Shown: one piece after another, positions 1 through 8,366 of the stretch | Position numbering within the stretch: the first letter of the stretch is position 1 | Layout: every line of letters starts with the position of its first letter | Assembly: GCA_964416895.1 (NCBI GenBank) | Contig: CAYQGB010000003.1 | Span: forward strand, 1 to 42,669 | Source: an uncultured Calditrichaceae bacterium | Lineage (GTDB): Bacteria > Calditrichota > Calditrichia > RBG-13-44-9 > J075 | Length of the DNA: 42,669 nucleotides | Direction of reading: 5' to 3' | Translations under genes and position numbers: made by a program | The notes under the pieces: model-generated | The model's input: the letters and a program-made list of their open reading frames with translations, nothing else | Databases searched by the model: none | What the model was told of the DNA's origin: nothing

Positions 1-214
1 TCCACAGCCCTTTGAACAGCTCCCGCCTGCCTTCAAACAGCGCCCGGAGGGTGGAAAGCAGCAGCGACTTGCCAAACCGCCGGGGGCGGGAGAGGAAATA
101 GAACATCCCCTCGGTCACCAGCTTGTAGATCAGCGGGGTCTTGTCCACATACACATTGCCCCCGGTAATCAAGGTCTCAAAATCGGAAATGCCGATGGGA
201 AGCCGTTTCTTCAT
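1..214 (-). CDS. AAA-ATPase-like / PD-(D/E)XK-associated family protein, N-terminal fragment (gene continues beyond left edge)
   Basis: Reverse translation from ATG (214-212) gives MKKRLPIGISDFETLITGGNVYVDKTPLIYKLV..FLSRPRRFGKSLLLSTLRALFEG. IGISDF, YVDKT and RPRRFGKS are the typical N-terminus of the predicted AAA-ATPase family. Absent from the ORF track because it is truncated. Confidence 0.7.
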   Translation of the reverse strand, partial: MKKRLPIGISDFETLITGGNVYVDKTPLIYKLVTEGMFYFLSRPRRFGKSLLLSTLRALFEGRRELFKGLW

Positions 215-310
215 ATCACCACCTTTTGCATGCCTGTGGTAAAAATTTGGGCAATCCCCGGGGTAAAAACAAGGCAAAGTTCAAGGAAGGGCAACCGCGG
301 AAACAAACTG

Positions 311-360
311 AAGGTTGTCGGCTGTAGGCTGAGGGCTGTAGGTTGTTAGGTTATGTTATT
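311..360. repeat. 7-nt-periodic repeat tract (CTGTAGG/CTGAGGG/TTGTTAG type)
   Basis: aaggttgtcg gctgtagg ctgaggg ctgtagg ttgttag gttatgt read directly; period 7. Confidence 0.6.
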
Positions 361-406
361 CAAATGTAGGTGGGGAAGGGAGTGACGGATTTGGCCTGTT
401 TGAGAA

Positions 407-439
407 GGACAGAAAGCAGTGAAGCCATGCCTTCCGTCC
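407..439 (-). terminator. possible terminator hairpin after the DUF302-like gene
   Basis: On the minus strand, GGACGGAAGGC-loop-GCTTTCTGTCC (11-bp stem with 2 G-U pairs) is followed by TTCTC. The U-tract is weak. Confidence 0.3.
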
Positions 440-456
440 CCATCTCGTATTGGTGC

Positions 457-1470
457 TTATTCGATGCCCAGGCCGGTCTCGATTTGGTTCTTGATTTCAT
501 CGGCAATGGATCCGGGCATCCCCATGTTCTTCATAAAGGCCCAGTTCCCGGCATCCTGAAAATACATTTTCATCCGATACATGACGTTTACCAGGCGAAC
601 CTTCGTGCCCTCTTCGTCCTGTGCCACCACAACCTCGATGGGATAAGCCGCGGCATGAGCCAATCCGGGGCATTTCAGTTTCTTGCGGGATTTATCGCTA
701 CCGGCTTTCACGATGCTGAAGGATTTGCTGTCCATGGGCGTGCCGGTGGTGCCGAATACCACGGTTTGATATTCCGGGAGTTTCACCTCATAAACCAGAT
801 GCATTCCCCATTTCGCCCCGGTTTGTTGCAGGCCGTTTTTGACCATTTCGGCTACTTCCTGCCAATCTTTTTCCGCAATTACGGCAATATCCTCAACCTT
901 CTTATCAAACGGCCCTCCGGCCATAATTCCCATGGTCTTACCGATGTAGCCTTTTTTCCGCTTTTGCCCGTATGCTTTTTCACTAACAGTACCCTGAACG
1001 GCCCCGGTGATCATGGTGCGAAGCGCCTGCAGATGTTGTTCGGAGAGTTCTTCATAGGCAAAATCGTCCATCAGGATGGTGCGGTTGATGGAATGGGGAT
1101 TGACCACCGATATGTAGATGCCGTTTTCATCTTCAAACAAGTTTACCCGATCCAACACGGCGAACGGGCCGGTCTTGCGATTGGCCTCCATGATCTGTCG
1201 GGCATAGGCGGAATCATATAGCACAAACACCCGTGTGCGGTACGGACAATCTTTGGGAACCCCTCCATCGACTTTGGCAATAACCTGCCACCCGTGAGCC
1301 ACGGCAGCGTCTTCCAATGCTCCGGAAATTTCTTCAAAGGTTCCCTGAGCGGATTCCACCACATACTGATAGACCCGGTATTCCCGTTGTTCCTGCCCGG
1401 CCGACAGAAGGGTAAGGGTACCAAAAATCAGAACCAGGGACAGAATGGTTATGTTACGGATGAATTTCAT
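457..1470 (-). CDS. exported protein with two DUF302-like halves
   Basis: Start moved to MKFIRNITILSLVLIFGTLTLLSA (signal-peptide-like) with GGAGG 8 nt upstream. Both halves follow the DUF302 pattern (e.g. FEEISGALEDAAVAHGWQVIAKVD...VFVLYD...LFEDENGIYISVVNP). The upstream part of the 370-aa ORF crosses a terminator-like hairpin. Confidence 0.6.
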   Translation of the reverse strand: MKFIRNITILSLVLIFGTLTLLSAGQEQREYRVYQYVVESAQGTFEEISGALEDAAVAHGWQVIAKVDGGVPKDCPYRTRVFVLYDSAYARQIMEANRKTGPFAVLDRVNLFEDENGIYISVVNPHSINRTILMDDFAYEELSEQHLQALRTMITGAVQGTVSEKAYGQKRKKGYIGKTMGIMAGGPFDKKVEDIAVIAEKDWQEVAEMVKNGLQQTGAKWGMHLVYEVKLPEYQTVVFGTTGTPMDSKSFSIVKAGSDKSRKKLKCPGLAHAAAYPIEVVVAQDEEGTKVRLVNVMYRMKMYFQDAGNWAFMKNMGMPGSIADEIKNQIETGLGIE

Positions 1471-1517
1471 GATAGTATCCTCCGGTGGGGGTGGGATTGC
1501 AGCGGATAATCCGGTGG

Positions 1518-1569
1518 ATAAAAACATGTCCGATGAGCGAAGGCAGGAGGCGCCTTGCCCATCGGACAT
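1518..1569 (-). terminator. rho-independent terminator candidate after the FadL-like gene
   Basis: On the minus strand, ATGTCCGATG-(24 nt)-CATCGGACAT (10-bp perfect stem) is followed immediately by GTTTTTAT. Confidence 0.5.
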
Positions 1570-1587
1570 GGGTATCAGGAGCGCCCG

Positions 1588-2949
1588 CTACAGGTGAATG
1601 GAAATCCCCAGATCGCCCTCGAACTGGTTCATCTTCAATTCGATTTGCTGCTGACCGGGAGCCTCAAAGCGGTTTTCCCCGGTAACACTGTTCGACAGGG
1701 CATGCATGGCGGCGATGTTCAGGGTAACTTTCGGCCCCAGAGACCTGGACAGCCCCACGGTGATGTGCTGTTCAATGACCCCCGGCGCCAGGATGTTAAA
1801 CAGCACTTCCGATTCGGGAATGGGCTGCCCGCCGGTGGAAAAACCGCCCCGCAGGGTCAGGCCGGGCATGGGGGTTACCTGAACCCCCAGCTTTACCACG
1901 GTCATGTCTTCCCAGCCGAATCCCCAACCGTTATCGCTGCCCAGAGGTTGAAAATTCGGGTTGGGCAAAAAGAAGGTGTTGGGATCGTTGGGATCCGGAT
2001 TGGGATTGGGCACGAAGGCAGGGTTGTTTTCCAGATCCAGAGGATTGCCCACGGACTTGATGTCGCTGTACATAATCTGCTGAACATCCACCGCGATGGT
2101 CAGCGCCGAACTCGCTTTTACGGCAATGCCGGCAGTCCAGTTAGCAGGGACATCGAAGTCGCCCTGTTCGGCAAACAGTCCGGCGTACTCGTCGAATTCG
2201 CTCATGCTGATTTTGGTCTGGTAAGCAGCCCCCACGGAGACCGGGCCGAATTTGCCCATATAGCCCACCCGTGCTCCGAATCCGGTGGAGGTGGAATGCC
2301 CATTGTTGGTCAGCCTGGCAGGATCGGAAGAAAATCCCCCGAAAGCAAACAGCCCTTCCGCCTGAAATCGCTGGAAGGCGAAAATGCCGGTAATGCCCAC
2401 GGCGTGATCGGGGGTAATTTGCCGGGCATACGTTGCGGCCACGAACGCCTGAGACAGATCCACGCCCGTGGGCGGATCAAAAGAAACCCGTGGATCGTCA
2501 AACGTCTTGACCGGATAATCGGTATTCATCCCTCCGTTGCCGTAAATGGCCAGCCCCAGGGAATTACCTCCCGGAAGGCTAACGGTAATGCCCACCGTGG
2601 GGACAATAAACAAGTTGCTCTCGCTTTCCACGGTGCCGGGAGTTAACGGGAACGTGAAGGGAAAACCGGAGGGATTGCCGGTAACGGTGTATTCCCGATT
2701 GGGATTGAACAGGGAGAACCCGATGTCCAGCTGGTTGCCCAGAAAGGCGATGGCGGCCGGATTGGTCGCCGAAGCCAGCGGGCTGAGAGATAAGGCGGCT
2801 CCCGCACCGGCTAACCCCCGATATTGGATGCCATAGCCGTGGCGGAAATAGCCGTTGGTGGCTGTGGCGTTGTCGTTGCCCATCCCCCAGAAAAATGCGA
2901 TGAGCAACAGCAGAAGGATTCGCATGCGGGTATCGAGTTGACCGATCAT
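1588..2949 (-). CDS. outer-membrane transport protein, FadL/TodX (OMPP1) family
   Basis: Signal peptide MRILLLLLIAFFWG, then NGYFRHGYGIQYRGLAGAGAA, the characteristic FadL/TodX N-terminal motif. Gly/aromatic-rich beta-strand pattern throughout. AGGAGG 8 nt upstream of the ATG. Confidence 0.85.
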   Translation of the reverse strand: MIGQLDTRMRILLLLLIAFFWGMGNDNATATNGYFRHGYGIQYRGLAGAGAALSLSPLASATNPAAIAFLGNQLDIGFSLFNPNREYTVTGNPSGFPFTFPLTPGTVESESNLFIVPTVGITVSLPGGNSLGLAIYGNGGMNTDYPVKTFDDPRVSFDPPTGVDLSQAFVAATYARQITPDHAVGITGIFAFQRFQAEGLFAFGGFSSDPARLTNNGHSTSTGFGARVGYMGKFGPVSVGAAYQTKISMSEFDEYAGLFAEQGDFDVPANWTAGIAVKASSALTIAVDVQQIMYSDIKSVGNPLDLENNPAFVPNPNPDPNDPNTFFLPNPNFQPLGSDNGWGFGWEDMTVVKLGVQVTPMPGLTLRGGFSTGGQPIPESEVLFNILAPGVIEQHITVGLSRSLGPKVTLNIAAMHALSNSVTGENRFEAPGQQQIELKMNQFEGDLGISIHL

Positions 2950-3033
2950 TATAAGACCTCCTGAGTTAAGTGAGCGGGAATTGGGTTCCGCGATAGATGC
3001 CGGGCGGAGCCGTTGCGACCCTTCACCCGTGAT

Positions 3034-5121
3034 TCACAGAGCTTCCTCCACCAGCTCGATGATGTCTTTGACCACAATTTTTCCCTCATTGCCGGAAGTT
3101 TTCACGGCATCGGAATACATGGTGTAGTCTTTGGGGCAGGCCACCACGAAGTAATCCACCGCTCCCAGCGCCAGGGCCTCCTTGATGCGCTGCTCGCTGG
3201 GGCGTTCGGTGAGGCCGGAATCATCCATCCAGATGCGCCCGCCGCCGGCGCCGCAGCAGAAAGTATTGGTGCCGCAGCGAGGCATCTCTTTGAAGTTCAC
3301 CCCCAGGGCCCGCAGAATCTTCCGCGGCGCCTCCGTCTCCCGATTGTAGCGCCCCAGATAGCAGGGATCGTGATACGTAACGGTGTAATTCAGTTTTTTG
3401 GAGAAGCTCAGTTTGCCCTCGTCGATAAGGCGGGCCAGCAACCCGGTGTAATGATAGATGGTAAAACTTCCCCCGAATTCAGGATATTCGTTTTTGATGG
3501 TATTGAAGGAATGGGGATCGGTGGTGAAGATTTTGTCGAATTTGGCCTTTTGCAGCACGGCCAGATTGTCCTCCACCAGCATTTCAAACAGCCCTTCTTC
3601 CCCGATGCGTCGCACATCGTTCCCGGCGTTTTTTTCTCCCTCGTAGAGAATGCCGAAATCCACCCCGATGTTATGCATCACCCGGGCCACGGTGCGGGAA
3701 AGCTCCTGAATGCGGGTATCATACGAAGCGTAGTCGCCCACAAACCACAGATACTCGGCCTGCTCCTTGCGCACATCTTTGATCTTGAACTCCAGCCCCT
3801 GGGTCCATTTGCCCCGGGCGCGAGGGGGTTGCCCGAAGGAGTTGCCGTAATCGCCGATGTTCATCAGGGCATCCTGCAGGGAGTCTTCCATGTTGCCCTC
3901 ATCCACCAGCCGCCGCCGCATCTGCACGATGTGGGTGAGATGCTCGATGCCCACCGGACAGTTTTCCACGCAGGCCATGCAGGTGGTGCAGGACCACAGG
4001 GTTTCCGGTTTGATCACGTCTCCGGCGATCTTCACTCCCTCCAGCTTTCCTTCCGGCCATTTGCCGTTGACGGTCTGGCGGAACCATTCCGGGCTGCCGA
4101 TGACCGAGTCGGCGTAGGTGCGCAGATCCAGAATCAGATCCCGGGGGGAGAGGGGAGCGCCGGAAGCCCGCGCCGGGCAGGCGTAATGACACCGCCCGCA
4201 TTTGGTGCAGGCATCCAGATCCAGCAGTTCCTTCCAGGTAAAATCCAGGATGCCTCCGTAGCCCATCCCCTTTTTCATCTCCTCTTCGGAGACTCTGGGA
4301 AGCACCCGGGCGGCGTTATCCTCATGGAACATCAGGTTGGCGAAGTCGATGAGCATGTGCATGGCTTTGGAGTAGGGGATATAGGCGATAAAGGCCAGCA
4401 CGATGATGGCGTGAAACCACCAGGTATAGGCGTGCAGCGTTTCTCCCGTGGAAGCACTGATGGTGGAGGCGATAGCCCACCCCACCGGCGACCACACCTC
4501 AAACGAGGGCATGCCGTCGGCAGCGATGCGAAAGCCTTCGATGAGGAAGCCGGTTACCCCGATGATGAACAGCAGCCACAGGAAAATCCGGTCATCGGTG
4601 ACATAACCGGCGCGGTTGTATTCCTCTGCCTTGCGATCCACCCGGGTGTAATCCAGTTGAGGCGGATGCATGGCGCCCCGGCGAAACATCATCATGGCCA
4701 GGCCGATCAGGAAGAGCACCCCGAAAATGTCCAGGATTACCGAGAACCACAGGTAAAAGGTGCCCTGCAACAGTCGATAGCCGAAGAAAAGCTCCAGGAA
4801 GTCGTGATCGAAGGCCACGATGCAGGTGCCGATGAACAGCACCACAAATCCCCAGAAGATCATCCAGTGGGCCGCGCCGGCGTAGGCGTCCCGTTTGAAC
4901 ACGGTGGCGTTGGTGAGCATGATCCGAAAGGCCTTCAGGAAACGCTGCCCCAAGTGGTTAAATCTCCCTGCGGGGCGGCCTTTGCGGTACTTCTGGATGC
5001 GGCGATAGAAGCCGTGCAGGAATACGCCGATAGCGCTGAAGCCCACCACATAGAAGATGAGCTGCATGAGGAAGGGAAAGTTGCGAAAGACCTCACGAGT
5101 GGGAGTGGTCACATCGGGCAT
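3034..5121 (-). CDS. emo: membrane-bound Fe-S oxidoreductase: NarI/DsrM-like TM domain fused to an HdrC/HdrB(CCG)-like domain; EtfAB:quinone oxidoreductase (Emo)-like
   Basis: Start set at MPDVTTPTREV (ATG 5121-5119, GGAGG upstream). About 5 hydrophobic helices with His residues, then CTKCGRCHYACP and CTTCMACVENCP ferredoxin motifs and CCG-type motifs (FCCGAGGG). Lies directly downstream of etfBA. The longer 845-aa ORF only reads through etfA-tail duplications. Confidence 0.85.
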   Translation of the reverse strand: MPDVTTPTREVFRNFPFLMQLIFYVVGFSAIGVFLHGFYRRIQKYRKGRPAGRFNHLGQRFLKAFRIMLTNATVFKRDAYAGAAHWMIFWGFVVLFIGTCIVAFDHDFLELFFGYRLLQGTFYLWFSVILDIFGVLFLIGLAMMMFRRGAMHPPQLDYTRVDRKAEEYNRAGYVTDDRIFLWLLFIIGVTGFLIEGFRIAADGMPSFEVWSPVGWAIASTISASTGETLHAYTWWFHAIIVLAFIAYIPYSKAMHMLIDFANLMFHEDNAARVLPRVSEEEMKKGMGYGGILDFTWKELLDLDACTKCGRCHYACPARASGAPLSPRDLILDLRTYADSVIGSPEWFRQTVNGKWPEGKLEGVKIAGDVIKPETLWSCTTCMACVENCPVGIEHLTHIVQMRRRLVDEGNMEDSLQDALMNIGDYGNSFGQPPRARGKWTQGLEFKIKDVRKEQAEYLWFVGDYASYDTRIQELSRTVARVMHNIGVDFGILYEGEKNAGNDVRRIGEEGLFEMLVEDNLAVLQKAKFDKIFTTDPHSFNTIKNEYPEFGGSFTIYHYTGLLARLIDEGKLSFSKKLNYTVTYHDPCYLGRYNRETEAPRKILRALGVNFKEMPRCGTNTFCCGAGGGRIWMDDSGLTERPSEQRIKEALALGAVDYFVVACPKDYTMYSDAVKTSGNEGKIVVKDIIELVEEAL

Positions 5122-5168
5122 AGACAATCTCCTCCGTTTGGTTCTAAGGAGCAGGCGTTCCCCCGTAG

Positions 5169-5339
5169 GACAGGCATCTTGCCTGTCATGACTTTTTCGG
5201 TCGGCGCCGGGATCAGGTGTTTTTAAGGACAGGCTGGAAGCCTGTCCTACCTTTTCGATCGGCGCCGGGATCAGTTCGAAGAGATCCACGGTGGTGCCGT
5301 AGTGGGCATCTTCGATGACAGGCTGAAAGCCTGTCCTAC
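5169..5339. repeat. three GACAGGC-N5-GCCTGTC hairpins interleaved with two degenerate copies of the etfA 3' end
   Basis: Hairpins at 5169-5187, 5226-5248 and 5317-5335. Segment 5249-5316 repeats the true etfA end (5343-5413); within it, gccgggatcagNtcgaagagatccacggtggtgccgtagtgggcat differs at one position. 5188-5225 is a shorter, more diverged copy. Confidence 0.85.
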
Positions 5340-6302
5340 CTACTTGAGTTTTTCGGTCAGGGCCGGGATCAGGTCGAAGAGATCCACGGTGGTGCCGTAG
5401 TGGGCATAGTCGAAGATGGGCGCGTTGGGATCGGTGTTCACGGCGATGATCAGTTCCGAATCTTTCATCCCCTCGATGTGTTCCGGCGCCCCGCTGATCC
5501 CCAGGGCCAGATAGAGTTTGGGTTTGACCTTCACCCCGGATTTGCCCACCTGACGGGTTTTGGGCAACCACTTGTTATCCACGATGGGGCGGGAGGCAGA
5601 GACCGCACCGCCCAGCACCTGAGCCAGTTCCTCGGCCATGGGGAGATTCTCTTCGCTTTGAATTCCCCGACCCACGCTGACCAGAATTTCCTGCTGGGTG
5701 ATGTCCACGTCGCCGGCTTCCGGCTCGATCAGTTGCTTGAACTGCACCCGGGGGGAAGCCACGCTTTCCGGGGCGGCGATTTCTTCTACTGCCGGGGAGC
5801 CTTCTTTGCGCCCGGCATCGGCGGGAAAGGAGCCGGCAATTACCGAGATCACGCAGCTATCCCCCTCCACCACCGATTCGGTGTTGATCTTACCCCCGTA
5901 CAGCTGGCTGATGACGGAGAGCCGGCCGTCTTTTACGGCCACATCCACCCCGTAGGAGACCAGAGGCAACTCCAGCGCCGCCGACACCCCCGAGGCCAAA
6001 TCCATGCCCATGGAGGTGTACGGAACCAGCGTCACCGCCGGCTGATTGGCTTTGACCACTTCGGTAAGGGCGGCGCAGTGAGCGTCGGGGTTAAAATTGG
6101 CCAGGTTGGGGTGATCCACGTACAGCACCTTATCCGCCGCGCCCAGTTGACCGGCCAGTTCCTTCACCCCGCTGCCCAGCAGCACGGCTGCCAGTTGACC
6201 GCCCAGGGCATCGGCCAGTTCCCGGCCTTTGCCTAACAATTCAAAGGTCACCTCTTCGATGTTTCCGTTCTGCTGTTCTACAACCACCAGCACGTTGCTC
6301 AT
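5340..6302 (-). CDS. etfA: electron transfer flavoprotein alpha subunit
   Basis: Typical EtfA C-terminal FAD domain (PKLYLALGISGAPEHIEGMKDSELIIAVNTDPNAPIF). 4-nt overlap with etfB. Confidence 0.93.
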   Translation of the reverse strand: MSNVLVVVEQQNGNIEEVTFELLGKGRELADALGGQLAAVLLGSGVKELAGQLGAADKVLYVDHPNLANFNPDAHCAALTEVVKANQPAVTLVPYTSMGMDLASGVSAALELPLVSYGVDVAVKDGRLSVISQLYGGKINTESVVEGDSCVISVIAGSFPADAGRKEGSPAVEEIAAPESVASPRVQFKQLIEPEAGDVDITQQEILVSVGRGIQSEENLPMAEELAQVLGGAVSASRPIVDNKWLPKTRQVGKSGVKVKPKLYLALGISGAPEHIEGMKDSELIIAVNTDPNAPIFDYAHYGTTVDLFDLIPALTEKLK

Positions 6303-7066
6303 TTCTTGATCCCCCTTTCTTTCAGGATGTTCACGATCTTTTCGGCCACTTCTTCGGCGGAGCCTTCCAGCATTTCCGCCCCGGCGCCGGTTTCCGGCTT
6401 GAACATGCGTTCCACGGCGGAGCCGACCGGAACGGCGGCGTCACCGGCGGCGACCTCTTCCAGTTCGGTGCTGCGCATGGCCTGACGCACCCGGCTGACC
6501 GGAGCGTATCGGGGCGTTTGTCGCGCCGCCTGAATGCCCAGCACTGCGGGCAACCGGACCTCGAATTCGGCCATCAGGCCGCCGGCGTACTCCTTCTGCA
6601 CCGTGGCGGCGCCGTCGCTCAGGCTTACGCCGGTCACCACGCTCACGTGGGGCACATCCAGATAGTGCGCTAACAGCACGGCCACCTGACCATCCCGCTC
6701 ATCCACTGCCTGCACCCCGGTGAGGATGAGATCGTATTCCACCGATTGCAGGGCATTGGCGAAGGCTTTGGCGGCCACATGGGCGGGCACCCCGGGGCCG
6801 AAATCGCCGGTGACTTTGATCAACCGGTCGGCACCTTTGGCCGCTGCGGTGTAGAGGGCTTTGTCGATGTCCTCGCTCTCCAGGGCCACGGCGGTGACGG
6901 TAGCGCCGCTCTCCTCCTTCAGCAGAAGGGCCTCTTCCAGAGCGTGATCATCAAACTCGTTGATCTTGTACTTCAGCCAGTCCCGATTGAGATCTTTGCC
7001 GGACTCATCCAGCTCCAGCTCTTCCACCAGATCCGGCACCTGCCGTAATAGAACCACGATATTCAT
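6299..7066 (-). CDS. etfB: electron transfer flavoprotein beta subunit
   Basis: MNIVVLLRQVPDLVEELELD...YKINEFDDHALEEALLLKE is classic EtfB/FixA. Confidence 0.93.
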   Translation of the reverse strand: MNIVVLLRQVPDLVEELELDESGKDLNRDWLKYKINEFDDHALEEALLLKEESGATVTAVALESEDIDKALYTAAAKGADRLIKVTGDFGPGVPAHVAAKAFANALQSVEYDLILTGVQAVDERDGQVAVLLAHYLDVPHVSVVTGVSLSDGAATVQKEYAGGLMAEFEVRLPAVLGIQAARQTPRYAPVSRVRQAMRSTELEEVAAGDAAVPVGSAVERMFKPETGAGAEMLEGSAEEVAEKIVNILKERGIKK

Positions 7067-7144
7067 GGTTTCCGTACCTCCGTATGATTGGTTGTGTTAT
7101 TTGCCAGATGATTCTCTGTCTGGTGATTAAGTCTCCGGGGAGAT

Positions 7145-7262
7145 GCGTATTCGTATTGCGTAATGCGTATTTTGTATTGGATTTCCCATCACGAGTTTCC
7201 CGTTCCATATTCCCAAATCCCCATTCCGCATTCCCCGGTTTTCCGCTACATTTCCCATTCCA
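7145..7262. repeat. 7-nt-periodic repeat tracts (CGTATTG/CGTAATG, then TTCCCNN)
   Basis: gcgtatt cgtattg cgtaatg cgtattt tgtattg followed by atttccc atcacga gtttccc gttccat attccca aatcccc attccgc attcccc. The tract runs into the last codons of the radical SAM gene. Confidence 0.6.
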
Positions 7263-8346
7263 CCATACGCCCGGCCATCGTTCGCCGATGAATTTCCGGT
7301 AGCAGGCGAATCCCCTCTTCAAAATCCACGATGCGGTTGATCAGGTAAAACAGATACATGGTGGTCAGCCAGTTGGTGAATTCCTGCTTGCTTCCCAGAT
7401 GTTTACGCAGGTTGAGCATGACCCAGGAAAAGTGCTCCCAGGTGTCAAAGCAGCTGTCACAATCCCGGTCGATGCCGGTGCAGCAACGCCGGGTGGTGCA
7501 GAAATCGGCGTTGTAGGCCCGGAAGTGGGGATTGTAGGGTTTGCCGTTGGCGATGCGCTCCCGATTGACCGGGTGATCGGCGGTGATGCTGGTGCATACG
7601 TCATATCCCCACCGCTCGTCGTAGAGCCAGCCGGTGGAGACCACTTCGGCGAGGTAGCGGGTCATCAGAATCCGGTCGGGGTAGCGCTCGATCATGCGCT
7701 CGATTTCCTCCCGCACCCGGTCAAAACCCTGCCGGTGATCCAGCTCCCCGCCCATCTGCTCCACATCCCCATAAAAGTTGAACAGCACCCGATTGCCGTT
7801 TTCCACGCACCGGGTAACCACCCGTTCGATCTCGTGGGTGTTGCCGGGGGTGACGGTGTAATACCAGAAAGCGCGGGGATCGTCCCGATAGTTGTTCAGG
7901 GCCCGGGCGAACACATCTACCCGCCCGCTTCCCCGAAGCTGTCGATCGGTTTCATGATCACCCCATACCGAGATGCCGATGGGCATGTTCTCGAACCCTT
8001 CGTAAGGGATACGCCGCAGGCCGTTGGTGGCCACGTTCATACGGAAATTGCGATAGATCTTGTGCAGTCGATCCAGCGCCAGGGTGGGTTCGCCCCCCAC
8101 CACGGTGACGAAATTGGTGCCCCGGGCCTTCTCCCGTTCGATGAAGGCCTCAAAAGCGGCCTCGTCCTTCCCCGGGAGGCGATGGCGATCCATGTTTTCC
8201 GCGAAGTAGTAGCATCCCACGCACCGAAGATTGCATACGTGGGTGAGATCCACGGAAATGGATCGCAACGGCCCCGCCTGCCGAATTTCGGTGTAGAGGC
8301 GGTTTAAAAACGGATCCTGCAGATATGTCCTTAGACTGTTTGCCAT
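7246..8346 (-). CDS. radical SAM protein of unknown function, Cys-rich C-terminal part
   Basis: CNLRCVGCYY (CxxxCxxC) and VVGGEPTL. Additional cluster-like cysteines CTTRRCCTGIDRDCDSC. No resemblance to the two LipS-like proteins outside the core. Confidence 0.85.
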   Translation of the reverse strand: MANSLRTYLQDPFLNRLYTEIRQAGPLRSISVDLTHVCNLRCVGCYYFAENMDRHRLPGKDEAAFEAFIEREKARGTNFVTVVGGEPTLALDRLHKIYRNFRMNVATNGLRRIPYEGFENMPIGISVWGDHETDRQLRGSGRVDVFARALNNYRDDPRAFWYYTVTPGNTHEIERVVTRCVENGNRVLFNFYGDVEQMGGELDHRQGFDRVREEIERMIERYPDRILMTRYLAEVVSTGWLYDERWGYDVCTSITADHPVNRERIANGKPYNPHFRAYNADFCTTRRCCTGIDRDCDSCFDTWEHFSWVMLNLRKHLGSKQEFTNWLTTMYLFYLINRIVDFEEGIRLLPEIHRRTMAGRMVEWEM

Positions 8347-8366
8347 AGTCGGATTCCGGGAAAATT

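Noticed and set aside
3034-5571. 845-aa version of the Emo ORF from the track
   Set aside because: The extra 150 codons upstream of MPDVTT only read through the hairpins and the duplicated etfA 3' fragments, overlapping real etfA by about 230 nt. ATG 5121 has a GGAGG RBS and starts the membrane domain.
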